Positions 37,101-46,800 of a stretch of 64,000 nt of DNA are shown here, in pieces. Below the pieces are notes generated by a model that was not told the DNA's origin, searched no databases, and worked only from the letters and a program-made list of their open reading frames with translations. The position numbers were made by a program, and so were the translations under genes. Numbering within the stretch: position 1 is the first letter of the stretch; every line of letters starts with the position of its first letter. Source of the DNA: a virus; IMG/VR virus record IMGVR_UViG_3300037041_000399, positions 1 through 64,000 of that record. The stretch is one strand, 5' to 3'.

Positions 37101-39634
37101 TTAAAGACGCTTTCAAAGGTTTAATGAATCAAGATAAAGCGGATGGTAAGTCTGTAATAGGTACATTTGGCAACAAACTCAAAACATCAATTAAAGACCA
37201 AGTACTAAACACTGTTGCTGATTCATTTACTAATGTACTTGAATTAGGTAAAGGCGGTAAACTTACAAAAGTATTACAAAATGTAGGTAAGAATTTATTT
37301 AGTACTATTGGTTCAGCTGGTAGCGGCATTAAGAAGATTCTTTCAGGCAATATGACTATGGAAGGATTTACGAGTGGTATTAGCGACTGGTGGAGTGGAA
37401 TTACTGGCGGTGATACCACAGATACCTCTAATATGTCACCTGAAGAAATCCAGTTAACAGCTGCTGAGAAGTTTTCTAAAGCTGTCGATAAGTTTGCAAA
37501 TGGTGGTGTAGGCGGTGGCTTAGGTGGTATTGCCAAAGCTGCAGCTGGTGGTGGATTCCTTAGTGGTTTAGGTGATACACTTATGAGTGCCTTGCCGTGG
37601 GTTGCAGGTGGCGCTGGTGTGCTAGGTTTAGGTGCTTTACTGTCAGGCAGTGGAAAAGGGAGTTGGAACGAAGGCACTAAAGGTCTTGGTGGTGATTTCT
37701 TCTCTTCATTTAATGGTGGTAAATCATCTAGTGGAAATCCTACAAGTTTCTTAAATCCTGTTACAGGTATATTTGAAACAATAAGAGAAGGCGGTTCATC
37801 TCTTCTTAGCGGAGTAGGTAAAGCTGCATCTGGTAATTGGAATGCAGATACCTTTGCAGGCATTCGAAGTGGAAACATGGATAAAGGCACTGGAGTGTTT
37901 GATAGTGTTACCAATGGGTTATCTAGCTTATTACCTGGCTCGCAAACAGGAGATATCTCTACGAAGTCTATAACAGCTCTCGGTCAATCTATGCAAAATA
38001 GTTTGCCTGATGCTAAAGTAGAGGGACTATGGGATATTTTATTATCACCGCTTATGTTCTTATTTAAATTACTAAAAGATGGCTTTTTAGGGATAGTAGG
38101 GATGTTTACAGGCGTAGGTCAAGGAGTAGGTACAAGCTCTGGTACTGGTGAAAGCTCTACAAGTCCTTCTGCAGGCAATACATCTAAATCACCATTTAGT
38201 GGTATGTTTGGATTAGCTGCTGGTGGTCAAGTTAAAGGACCAGGGACTCCTACTTCAGATTCTATACCTGCACTACTATCTAACGGAGAGTTTGTAGTAA
38301 ATGCTAAAGCTACTAAAGATCATAGGGATCTTCTAGAAAAGATTAATAGTGGCAAGGTAATTAAACGTTCACTAGGTGGCATGATTGGTATGGGCGCTAG
38401 TTTAGCCGGTACATTTATGAAAGGCAAAACTGGTAGTCTTATTGGCACATTAGGCTCTGGTATTAGTGGCATAATGGGTATGATCGATAAACAGCAAGCC
38501 GCAGCTGCTAGTGAAAAGTTACTTGCAGCAGCTACACACCTAGAATCAGCTGCTACAGCATTAGAAAGTTTTGCAGCTAAGGGTGGTGTAGGTGGTGGTC
38601 TCCAATCAGCTGTCCAAGGTGAAGGTCAAGGCGGAGGTGGCGGTGGTCTGCTGCGAGGCGGTATTAAATCATTAATGAGCCAAGGGTCTAGTGGTGGTAT
38701 CATGGATTCTATTCAAGGCTTCTTTAGTAATGGATTAAATGCTGAGCACGGTACAGATGCACTAGGTGGACAATCATTTGGTGTATTACAATCAGATGCC
38801 AACGCAAGTGTTGGAAGTTATGGTGTTCTTGCTGCTGATGCTAACTCTTCTATCAATGGTGCTGCAGCTGGTAACAGCTTTGGCGTAATGGCTTCTGACG
38901 CTAATGGCGGAGGAATGTTTGATGGCTTAACTAGTATGTTCAGTGAAGGCGGTTCGCTTAGCAATATGTTTGGTGGATTAACCGATGGCATTTCAGGTAT
39001 GTTCCAAGGCTTAGTAGGTGGCGAAGGCGGTGGTGGCATTATGAGCATGTTCCAAGGCTTAGTCGGCGGTGAAGGTGGTGGCGGTATTATGAGCATGTTC
39101 AGCGGCCTCATAGGTGGCGAAGGCGGTGGTGGTATCATGGGTATGTTTAGCGGCCTCTTTGGTGGTGGTGGTGCAGGTGGCGCTCTTGGCGGCATTGGAG
39201 ATATATTTGGCAGTCTTATGAGTATGTTACCATTTGGCTTTGCTGATGGTGGCAGTGTAAGAGGCCCAGGCTCTAGCACCTCTGATTCAATACCAGCTAT
39301 GTTATCTAATGGCGAATTTGTTGTTAACGCAGCATCTACTCGAGAACATAGAGGATTATTAGAACATCTAAATAGCGGTAAGCCTCTGGCTAAACACTAC
39401 CTAGGCGGTTTACACTTAGCTGATGGCGGAATAGCTACTGCAGCTGCGCCTATAATGACCACACCTACTGCTAGTTCTGCCAAGCCGTTACGTAGCAATA
39501 AAGACTCTACAGTAGTAAATTTAAACATAACAGGCGATATATCTCGTCAAACTCGCGCGGAAGTTTACAAGCTAATCCCTAATATAACACAGGGCGTAAA
39601 CACGCATAATAAAGACAGCAACTATAAAGGATAA
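28154..39634 (+). CDS. Tape measure protein (3826 aa) with a lytic transglycosylase-like domain
   Basis: Tape-measure motif QLNQGLSSGALRGEELNSVLEQAP; long hydrophobic middle; SLT-like AVVEHES..FGLGQF..AY (about 35950-36310); twice GPGT/S.TSDSIPA.LSNGEFVVNA. Confidence 0.9.
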   Translation: MSGIVIEVEAKVSQAETSLERLNDVVRNITASLKAVDKGLENLSLKKEVPLDKTEKALNNLSPKIDKLQSSTDKLFKGSSNVDNRYSKEFVNIGVSAEMAGKRVEKAFNDITLKPNDAALKSFSFEIDRTSRKISKQMSEGISKKDLRDTESSLLNINKSITGISGNITSAVGSIGTAIAAFGSIATIGMFVKSLSDITSSFTEIESKIAMVTGRTVAFSEAQQALLKVAAETRTTYGATADAFSGVGRAMKDVGATSEQLFRVTKVLQQSQALSGGSSEGFKAAMMQLNQGLSSGALRGEELNSVLEQAPAIADALARSLHVSVGALKGIAEQGKLTTSVVFSSLLKQADYINDKFKAINPTLGNAMEAGFEGAKRFAFELDKGLGLSQDLAKAVSKLTSGLGTKTSGIRVFAADFDVQLKEAIIRVKSYMQPLTQVVTALGQEFYRVFSSWKIPEGSQKPLDDLIRKFTIFKFVLTHTDPGTDTKILFRKVETAIVDSVKTISDLLDKGIKLSDKFIMPIIDKIKDLYPKARKALLTTLDGLRSVIKESMSVLADGFEIGAEFVKPIIRELTKLPDQLILIFNKVAKALGSAASATSSLADGVADLLDSVTLKVGDLDGIYEYLNSFKDKVITIFFKIWDAVIGHSWWTDTIDSIIDTSKSLWEKASPGLIRFRDSIIALFKTIASTVTTAFNDAMVKLNIEPKSVSFKIPISIDDAKVQFEGVYDSFVKTFDKFKDDFPLLFKAIAAGVGAILVGMFLPSGNFVLLLEAALISASIQSATMFAETIGRDLGDASLLAGLGNNLGAAAGKLFASFLANMPLLVSAFLGFISEFTKEFLKQLPIIGVAFKALFGIAGAFGMAGPLGLVGAIFFGRGILGIMATFGFYTEAITGFMAKMAILGNFFGGGGGLISRLLFGAGRAWHFLPILGLIASLSGAFDALYNDSSLSALIINGGLIYFAIFGKGGLAGFAKIGMLVRANIVGILSEFTATAGLASSIAAGGAFGPMLMAGIRNFRNFFRGVSAMSAMFFSSSLSSWAQYFTRWIAVTGFSGNILRFFRTFYLNIFGPITAASYSFAPLAQSFVAAISAMKAAAVSFIMTARTAGIAMGGWLAALTRMLLGGPGILILVGLIASLFSKSADAAESFREESNKGFFENLTDNIANLDIIGYFRGLKDKLDAIDFGGMLGVNFKVSIYAALTAVTAALMLFSTNVRKTLMLLAGDLLVFSGKALFSIAALFSPVEVLAAGALLLKAGWWAGVNLNRGLTMGFALKDTIISIIMRLQATAALAGAMRTLGITMAVGLLGAFSAEAIGFADFSAMSVLGFTAIAAFIYPILNGLTVIPAAITAAFTGGTIMQAIGVLSARILLMFAPLGLAAAGAFAGAWAGGQFGDDMAMIGGLAGALLAFKFTESIMTGITEFLAVGARLMTLGWVGLALTAAGLIYAWLFGSDSTSLSQDLDSIIEKTRTLFGMKPNPVDFRTGLRLDDLQAAATMGIKIDYKIDPISAALASDSSKEAVTKATEDLAQAIRDAKADWDISGLTQDQRDLLQKKVKATAARVDAASASTPFVFKDFGKNLTQAQRYRPDTLWGQLQRQGAQAALDAEFEVKLKQLSIASRMPWNQTSAARLDLKSQRDAVSLSKDTTYNANYSPLDAETAKLAQLTKGFDNLGPVGPKMMAHLKDTGREIIALTKQINENKYWFWEHPNGKIWENAAPDPKLIAQMKMLRAEYKSTAEDIVRYSTLMKAAQSFAGRISSIASKFDMKGVESKLDTNKIFANSDTAVNRMEKLGEAAERLSKSLEGVFDVKAKNDIILNIEEVVKQKERLKEDSVQSYKYASPVIPKMAEELGLGAGKAAAGLPENISGPVLARMTELKRQREDFLNKPVRPVNPDLVPQDFVKETAQNKHETMVYQGDMRLWQTRKKNQETVIKTLEEEFANNKLGSTQAALIQAKREATKIQMEEPVKPALAMLDAKAQQAKMEKLRIEYKQKLEIYKNDNFEYFDKYMKNLVESFDLGDELRKELWSNVKTKPGQMADVANKLNIDIGDLYSTFGADVAAGLLQQADDVAAAIDRAMATQQYDKLPALKQRKAALTTRMATPEFKSRGAMAESMGLDQSLIPGISTDVLDSLEAGYKKIKEIDTYLEMNKNTISDATYQAKIQEKLNEQLSGKKAALDASFGRPSFELQARIGTNLTGAQLSLISQTDVDNLKAAELNLAKIKLDLDGSNANADTLTDYFKALADEAEARYQASRNAASKTGAGMMQSLADVNFSGASKLNLLPPAIVQNVIKLSNYIKDLRHNLEQPTSPEAFIAINKEIAKTEEALSSIRDQYTSLQDKISSVNEVFGVSFSNIDFVSLGSSLTSTLITVAQSLKTELAKEMEKGFLSVRAESIIKVLDSLTTTGTYLKFFADFKKNARESLTDGMKSAFDKIKSIAPNFGFSQNQFQMMDKGSRDQYSKQASDITALTAIQGLNGLTQNQTDIINQKQPVDEMMKQLIDSFDTNQLKQYEKLTSSPVDLQLKAADIQLEAAKMNLEAVKGKAPEVTTPFKEASKQTTERALATGPRSGVTSLAEMAKDIPWSANAPKPKFRPDVERWDSLIQDAVKEFPRVTVEMVKAVVEHESRGLNIKSGITPKPGYKETSFGLGQFNDATAKTFGVDKTDPASTIRGIAQYLSLNMKTFGNTRDAFRAYAVGPTGAKQGLGQDKADEFMTTLATGRAPKSAPVTTSPELIKPTAESVAKSIEVAVSKQGELSRAFNVDLMARIKEIGKQKPFEAYQLDKLQNQINPNVSTPAELLSTHGAKLGTDIVGQMNETQISLATSLNEKLMQVQQQFNANPSTALQQSITTYSEMLKAFTEGVTADAEELGIAKMVAFSSANSTNISKFLSRFSGISEELVMTMNEADKALAKNMTIIREDLKDKLAADAKAGKSTTATALKILDLSDNISDLGNKAMDAAKEIKTAGESFASGFTSSFKDAFKGLMNQDKADGKSVIGTFGNKLKTSIKDQVLNTVADSFTNVLELGKGGKLTKVLQNVGKNLFSTIGSAGSGIKKILSGNMTMEGFTSGISDWWSGITGGDTTDTSNMSPEEIQLTAAEKFSKAVDKFANGGVGGGLGGIAKAAAGGGFLSGLGDTLMSALPWVAGGAGVLGLGALLSGSGKGSWNEGTKGLGGDFFSSFNGGKSSSGNPTSFLNPVTGIFETIREGGSSLLSGVGKAASGNWNADTFAGIRSGNMDKGTGVFDSVTNGLSSLLPGSQTGDISTKSITALGQSMQNSLPDAKVEGLWDILLSPLMFLFKLLKDGFLGIVGMFTGVGQGVGTSSGTGESSTSPSAGNTSKSPFSGMFGLAAGGQVKGPGTPTSDSIPALLSNGEFVVNAKATKDHRDLLEKINSGKVIKRSLGGMIGMGASLAGTFMKGKTGSLIGTLGSGISGIMGMIDKQQAAAASEKLLAAATHLESAATALESFAAKGGVGGGLQSAVQGEGQGGGGGGLLRGGIKSLMSQGSSGGIMDSIQGFFSNGLNAEHGTDALGGQSFGVLQSDANASVGSYGVLAADANSSINGAAAGNSFGVMASDANGGGMFDGLTSMFSEGGSLSNMFGGLTDGISGMFQGLVGGEGGGGIMSMFQGLVGGEGGGGIMSMFSGLIGGEGGGGIMGMFSGLFGGGGAGGALGGIGDIFGSLMSMLPFGFADGGSVRGPGSSTSDSIPAMLSNGEFVVNAASTREHRGLLEHLNSGKPLAKHYLGGLHLADGGIATAAAPIMTTPTASSAKPLRSNKDSTVVNLNITGDISRQTRAEVYKLIPNITQGVNTHNKDSNYKG
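38999..39190 (+). repeat. 48-bp coding tandem repeat (about 4 copies) in the tape measure C-terminus
   Basis: MFQGLVGGEGGGGIMS / MFQGLVGGEGGGGIMS / MFSGLIGGEGGGGIMG / MFSGLFGGGG. Confidence 0.85.
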
Positions 39635-39636
39635 TT

Positions 39637-40266
39637 ATGAGTTACGGTATCTGTAATGAAAATGGAGACGTTATTGCTAGATTTGTTGTACCAACAACAC
39701 TTGTAAGCAATCAACCTGTCTTCGCTACAGATACCCTTTCCTTACATAGAAAGACAACGGCAAGAGGTGCTCAGCGTTGGGAATTAACGTCTAACGTTGA
39801 GCCTTTGTATAATAATGCCGAGGCACTCTTTGTCAATCTAGTAAGAAGAGGGCATCATTCAGAAGTATGGATTAAGGCACCTCAAAATACAGGTGTAATT
39901 GCAAAACTGAGAAGTGTTACTGGAGATAATAATGTACTTACATTAGATATTGGTGCACGCTCAAATGTGAATGGCAATGGAAATTTAGTAATTACATCAA
40001 CGCCTGCATATACAATCCCTATGGGAACTTTGATAACTCTATCAGGAGACAATAAGGTGTATATGTTATTACAAGATTTAGTACCAGACAGCTTATCTAT
40101 TAGTGTATATCCTGAAATTCGTATTACTGCACCTAGCTCTGGCACTATGACTTATTCAGGTGTCAAGATGAGATGTTTATATGATATGGATACAATACAA
40201 GGTATGATGTATCAAGATGGGATTTTAATGGACATGGGCGCTATTAAATTTGTGGAGTACTTGTGA
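39637..40266 (+). CDS. Distal tail protein-like
   Basis: First gene after the tape measure; AQRWEL motif. Confidence 0.55.
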   Translation: MSYGICNENGDVIARFVVPTTLVSNQPVFATDTLSLHRKTTARGAQRWELTSNVEPLYNNAEALFVNLVRRGHHSEVWIKAPQNTGVIAKLRSVTGDNNVLTLDIGARSNVNGNGNLVITSTPAYTIPMGTLITLSGDNKVYMLLQDLVPDSLSISVYPEIRITAPSSGTMTYSGVKMRCLYDMDTIQGMMYQDGILMDMGAIKFVEYL

Positions 40267-40895
40267 TGATCATTTTATCAGATCATAATATACAAATGTT
40301 AGAGACTCCCGGTGCATACGCAATATTTGTGGTATCAATTTTAAATAAGGATAATGAAGTTATTTATGCTTCTACTACTCACTTTTCAGATATTATTATA
40401 CCATGTGCATCTTTATTTAGTACGCCAGTCAAGGATTTAGGCGGTTATGTAATTTCCAATATGACGTATATTGCAGATGGTTCTCTAATGGCTTTACAAG
40501 CCCCTAAATTATCAACTTCAGTGGATAGAGAGCAATATAGTTTAAACATTGTGGATCCAGACTTACTTATTATTGCTGCAAAATATAATGGTCTTATTGG
40601 CTGTAAACTGAAGGTTGCATGCTTGTTTGCCTCTAATAGCAATATTAATATAGCTAAAGAAAATTTATTAATAGTGTATGCGGGTAGAATTACAGGCACA
40701 ACACATACAAGAAAAACTCAACACCAAGGAGAGTCATTTTTGACTATTATAGGCGGTTCTCCAATGTATAATTTAGATCAAAAGAATGGTATTTATTTTT
40801 CTGATCCTAAAGTTAAAGAAAGAGACCCTCAAGATACTTGCGCAGAAAGAGTTTATATATCATCTAGAAACTATGCTTTACATTGGGGAAGATAA
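40263..40895 (+). CDS. Tail tip/hub protein
   Basis: Between the Dit-like and J-like genes; ends in DTCAE..LHWGR. Confidence 0.5.
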   Translation: MMIILSDHNIQMLETPGAYAIFVVSILNKDNEVIYASTTHFSDIIIPCASLFSTPVKDLGGYVISNMTYIADGSLMALQAPKLSTSVDREQYSLNIVDPDLLIIAAKYNGLIGCKLKVACLFASNSNINIAKENLLIVYAGRITGTTHTRKTQHQGESFLTIIGGSPMYNLDQKNGIYFSDPKVKERDPQDTCAERVYISSRNYALHWGR

Positions 40896-43800
40896 TGACA
40901 GATCCGTTTTCGATAATCATGGCGATTGTTTCAATTGCAATGACAATCTATCAAATCATTGCAGCACCTAAGCCAAAACCGCCTCCACAAAATATGCCAC
41001 AAACAACTGGCATTGATGTTACAGCAGATGGTGTTCCTGCTTATTTACCTGTTGTATATGGTAGAGCACGTGTTAATGGCATACGCGCTTGTACTGACTT
41101 AAGCGCGGGATATGTGTATAACAATACACCTGAAGGGTTTAAGCGCTTTAATCCGACAGCGACTTCTGCACTTACAGCTAGGCTGACAGAGAGTAACACA
41201 GGATTAAAACAAGCTGTCATGGAGACTCAGATTGCACTAGCACATGGGCCTATTCATGATGTTGTTGATATTCTTATTGAAGATTTTGGGCCTGACAATC
41301 CTAATTTTGCTTATAGAAATGACAATACTGCACATAAGAATATTACATTACGTAATAAATTACCTACAGCTACCTGGCAAATTGATGTCTGTAAGGCAGG
41401 TGGTGTTGCGCACCCTAATGGAGCTTCTACCAATACTTTTAAAGATATTGCTTATGCGCATTGCACATTAGTATTAGATCCGGTAGAACCTCAATTTAAT
41501 GGAATGCCAGATATTTCCTTTCTGGTAGAAGGCATAAAAGTGCAGAAATGGAAGTTAGTTGACAATATTCCTGTTGTTGATGGTGCTAAGCAATATTCTA
41601 ACAATCCTGCTTGGTGCTTAATAGACTACCTTACTAACGAAATATATGGAAAAGGTGTTACTATCGATGAAATTGATTTGCACTCTTTTATTAAAGTAGC
41701 TAACCTTTGTGAAACTGTATTTCCAACCCAATATAAAATTGGTGGACAGATCAACGCTGGTGTTCCTGCGCTTCAAACGAGAAAAATGTTTGAATGTAAT
41801 ATCGCACTAGATACTGGTAGACCAATGCGTGAAAACATTGATAGCTTACTGTCTACAATGAATGGCGGGATGCTAACATGGTCTGCTGGTAAATATAAGC
41901 TAAGTGCAATCCACCCTACAACAAAAGATGACTTAATTGAACTAACAAAAGTAAATGGCCAAGTAAACTCTATTAATCAGTTAACAGATGATGATTTAAT
42001 CTTAGATCAAGATCTAGAAATTGCATGGCCAGATGCAGGCACAAGGCTTAATCAAGTTACTATTCATTTTAAGAATGAAGCTAGAAACTTTAAAGATGAT
42101 GCAATTACGTGGCCTGTGTTATATAAGGACGCTGAATCTAACGTATCATCTACTTCGCAAAAAGTTCCTGGACATAAGTCTACGTATCAATGGTTAAAGG
42201 TTAGTAATGATGGCAAATTAAATTGGAGTAAGTGGGCCTTCCCTACTTATTTTGAGCAATTTGGGGTTAACAACAGAGGGCCTGTAGATCACGGTACTGA
42301 TGTGTATCACGTGCTAGTACAAAAGAATTCAGGTGGTAATTATTTCTTAGATGCTGTTTGTACGGCTCGCATCAATCGTATTAAGATTGTAAGAATGTAT
42401 CCAGAAAACCCTGGAACAGCCGAAACGGTAATGATAAATTCTACTCAGGCAGCTGCTCCTAAATTCTCTGGAAACTATGCTACGAGGTTTAACACAAACG
42501 GTGACAAATTCTATTATAATACACTACACAGTGGTGTTGTTACAATAGGTTATTATGGTGGCGACTGGTGGTGTGGTATAACGCGTGTAATGACAGACAC
42601 TACAACACAAGCTGTTTTGACTATAGATCCTGGAGAAAAATATTATTTAAGAATTGAAATAGAGTATACTAATACGCCTTGTTATGCAGAAAGTCATAAA
42701 GGGACTGGACCTGAAAATCGTGATGCAGTGTATCTAGACTATAACCCTGCAGATGGTGTTGTTTATGGATTACAACTAATTGATTATGCAGCTGGAGAAA
42801 AAGTATTATGGCAAACAGGTCAAGATTATTATGAATCATTTGATATTGCCACAACAAATCAGACTAATACTCTTATAAAAGCTAATCAGTTACACGAAGA
42901 ATTAAAAGCAATTGATGGTGACTTATTATTAGAAAAGGATTTCACAATCCCCGGAATTAGTACTATTTACCATGCTTGGTTTAGAGGTGAAGAAGTAGTT
43001 AGAGCTAGTCGTTTTGGATTTAAGCTTTCACTAAAGTATTTAGTTAGAAATATGTATTTAGAGCCTGGGGATGTATTTACGCTAAATTCAGATACATTAG
43101 AGTTATTGCCGTACAAAGGTAATTGGACAGCTGGTAGTAGTTATTCTAAAGGAAATATTGTGTATTATAATAATAATTATTATATACGTATTTCAGGTTT
43201 TGATGTAGTAAGTGCAACGGTACCTAGTGCAGATATTTCATGGGATACTACAGTATATCCGCTACCTTTTAGGGTAACAGCTAGTTCTTTGAATGAAGAG
43301 AATATATGTTCTATTTCTGCTGACTTTATTACAAAAGATTTCTTTGTAAGTGATGTAGATTTACCAGACTTTAAACATGACTTAGAAAGCCCTATCTATA
43401 GATTAACGGATACAACAATTAAGTATTTTGTATTTGAATCCGCTCGTAACAGTACAATAGGTAGCCCCGGAACACTAAGGGTATCTTCCAATAGCAGACT
43501 AGTAACAACATATACTTATCAAGCTTGTTACGATTATGAGTTAGATTCTGGCAAAGAACCTACATTCATAACGTTAGCTGAAACAGGTGCAGTGTATTAT
43601 GAAGTACCTCCAACAACAGCTACAACTGCAATCTTTAGAGTAATTCCTAAAGACTTTGAGAATAATACATTAGTGCCTGCTTATAGTATATTAGAGGGTG
43701 TACATACTTTATCTCATTTTGGAAATGCTTTAGTACTAGCTGCTGATGACAACACAATTATGTATACGGATGACAAGCCTGCAAAAGCTACTACAATGTT

Positions 43801-46800
43801 ACATGCTATTCTAGATGAACCAGCTCCTACTAGAGTCTATACATGGACAGTAGATAATATTGTACAAAATTGGACAGGTGCAGAACATGCTTTGACTTTA
43901 CCTAATCCTAAAGCTGATAAGAAAGAGATTGTAATTTCAGTCAAGGTTACTGATTCAGTCGATACGTTCTATAAGTATGCAGATACTATTACAATTAGCT
44001 TTGTCAGTAACGCTGACTCATTGCCTTTGTTTAGATTAAAAGATACGTTGTTATTGCTGAAGAAAGAATCATTTGCTGATAACTTACCGATCAATATTCC
44101 GATTGAGTATAAGGTAAAGGGTATTGATACAGCACTACCTACATATACAATTGCAGCAACAGGTTGTACTGTCTCAGCTACATCAACAGGTGTTAGTATT
44201 ACAGCAATTGATGCAACAGCTTCTGTAAATGAGTTTTCAGTGACATCTCCGCTTACTGTATCTAGTTGTAAAATTATATTGTATAGTGCAACAGCTACTG
44301 TTGTTACGACTGCTTTAGACAGTGCCAGACAGTACGTAAATTATAAGCTAGACAATACCTTGTCAACAGCCAATGACACAATTACATTTACTGCAAAAGT
44401 AATTGGAGGGAATGTATTAGACTACACGTATGCTTTCTATATTGACGCTGAAACGACAGCTAGGCAAAATAGTATTTCTAATGTATACACTTATACACCG
44501 CCTGCTAGTTTCACTGCAATGCCCCAATTACTCAAGGTATTTGTACGTCAAAATGGCGTTGATGTAGCTGCTGATTATGTATCTATAAGTGGTCATCAAG
44601 CTTCTAGTACGGTTGCTGATATTCATCTTTACAATCCATTACATATCTTACCGATAAATAATGATGGTACTGTATCAATGACAGGCAGTGGTACTAAATT
44701 AGATGTATACCTAGGCACCAATACACTCAATTTTGTATCAACGTTAACTGGTGCTAGTAACGGCTCTTACACAGTAACAGCCAGCCAAGAAGGTTTATCA
44801 GGTAGTTCTTCTATAGTGGTAGTAGCAGACGGTCTCCAAAGTTGTAAGACAAGTGATTATGCAACAATCTTAACTACCTCACTATCAGCTAATATTTCAT
44901 TTACTGTAACTGTTAAAGATTTTAACGGTGTTGTATTCACATATCCTGTGATCTCTCAAAAATTGTTAAAACAAACTTCAGTAGAATTGAGTACTGAAGC
45001 ACAAGATTTGTTAGATACATTAGCTTTTTCACATAGTACTGTTGCAACAGATATTCCAATACCAACATTTTCTTCTGACTCCTTCACATATAATGCAGAT
45101 ACAAATGCAGATGGAAAAGTAGATGGCTCAATTAATTGGGTGTTTAATAGTGTAGCTTATCCTGCAATAGATGGCTTTGTTGTATGTTACGTAAGTAATT
45201 CAACAGCAGCACAAGCTAACTTAACTGTAGAAGATATCTTAAAATCAACTACAAGGCAGATTGTAAAAAGCAATGTAAGAAGTATTTCATATCAAAACTT
45301 AGGTACAACTAAATATCAATGTGCTTTTGTATTTGCATATAGAAAAGTTGTAAAGTCAGTTTATGACGCTTATGCAAAGACTAAAGTTATTACATCCGCA
45401 GGAGATTTATGGATTGTATCATCAATCGCTAGAAGTCATGCAGATGGTCTCTTAGATAAGTATATCGATAGACTAGTTATCAATGCTGACTTCAAAGATA
45501 GCCAAGGCAACTTAATTGTAATGTCAGATGTAGCTGCAAATATTGCTGACTTTAATGTTAACAACAATACTTCTGTTGCATACTTTAATCCAATTACTTT
45601 TAATAGTATTACATATGATAATACTAAAGTTAATTCAGGTAATATTGATTTCCTTGTTTCTTTTGAGGTACTAGGGAATGATGCTTTAAAACCTTTATCT
45701 GATATTGATGCTTTTGCAGTATTAGAGAAAACTACTCTTAATAATACTGTTGCATGGCCTGCTGTTACTGCTGCTGCTTTACTGAAAGATTTAAATACAG
45801 TGCATGTACCAGGAGACTCTCCTGCTATTCAAGTTGGAGATTATTTTAGATATAATGTACCATTTGATGAGGCAAAAGCTAATGTATTCAGAAATGTATA
45901 TGTATGTGCTTATCGAGAAATATCTAAGAAGACTTACGATTCGGTTTCATTCAATCAAGGTGGACATTCTAAAGTTAAAATAGGAACTCGATACTATTTT
46001 GCAGGGCCTGTTGTAGCTGCAATGACACCTACTACATATTCTCAATATACAGACATTTTAACTATCAAAGCAAATCTTAAGTTGCCTGACGGTACTGTTG
46101 TTAGTACAGCTGATGTCTATGAGAATTTACAAGATTTTAATGATTCTAATAATACATCTATTGCAGCAATTGTAGAACCTTTGTTTTCTACAGATAAGAT
46201 AACATATGATAATACACAATGCAATTCTGGAAATATTAATTATGTGCTTAAATTTACACACGTAAACGCCATTAATACGGCTACTGATTCGATAGATGGT
46301 TTTGCTATTCTGGAAAAAACTGTAGCAACAGTTGCTAATATTAATAATGTAAGTGCTGGTGTTATTTTTAAAGATCCTGCTACAAAGTTTATAAGTGCTA
46401 CTTCAACTGCAGACTTAACGCCTGAAACATCATTAACAAGAACATATTATGTTGAAATGACTAATTCACCAGGACTAGCTTATCGTACAGTATTCGTTGT
46501 TGCGTATCGGGTAGTTAGTGCAACAAAAGCTAAACTATCAACTGGCACTGTTATTAGGTATAATGGTAAAAATCATATTTGTTCTGATGTAGCTAGAAGT
46601 AATCCAAGTGTTAATTTAGACTACTATAATGGACCTTTATATTCTAAGATCACGCTATTAACATCTACAGGCGTTTCTATAAGTACTAATAGTATTTACG
46701 AAAATGTATATGACTTTAATAAGTCAAGTACAGGTACCGATAATATTGAAGTAAACCCTAGTAATGTGCTTTTGGATTATGATATCAATATGGTATATCC

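Noticed and set aside
28138-39279. Many minus-strand ORFs opposite the tape measure (and other long genes)
   Set aside because: Antisense shadows of Ala/Gly-rich + strand genes; no RBS or motifs; the genome is otherwise unidirectional
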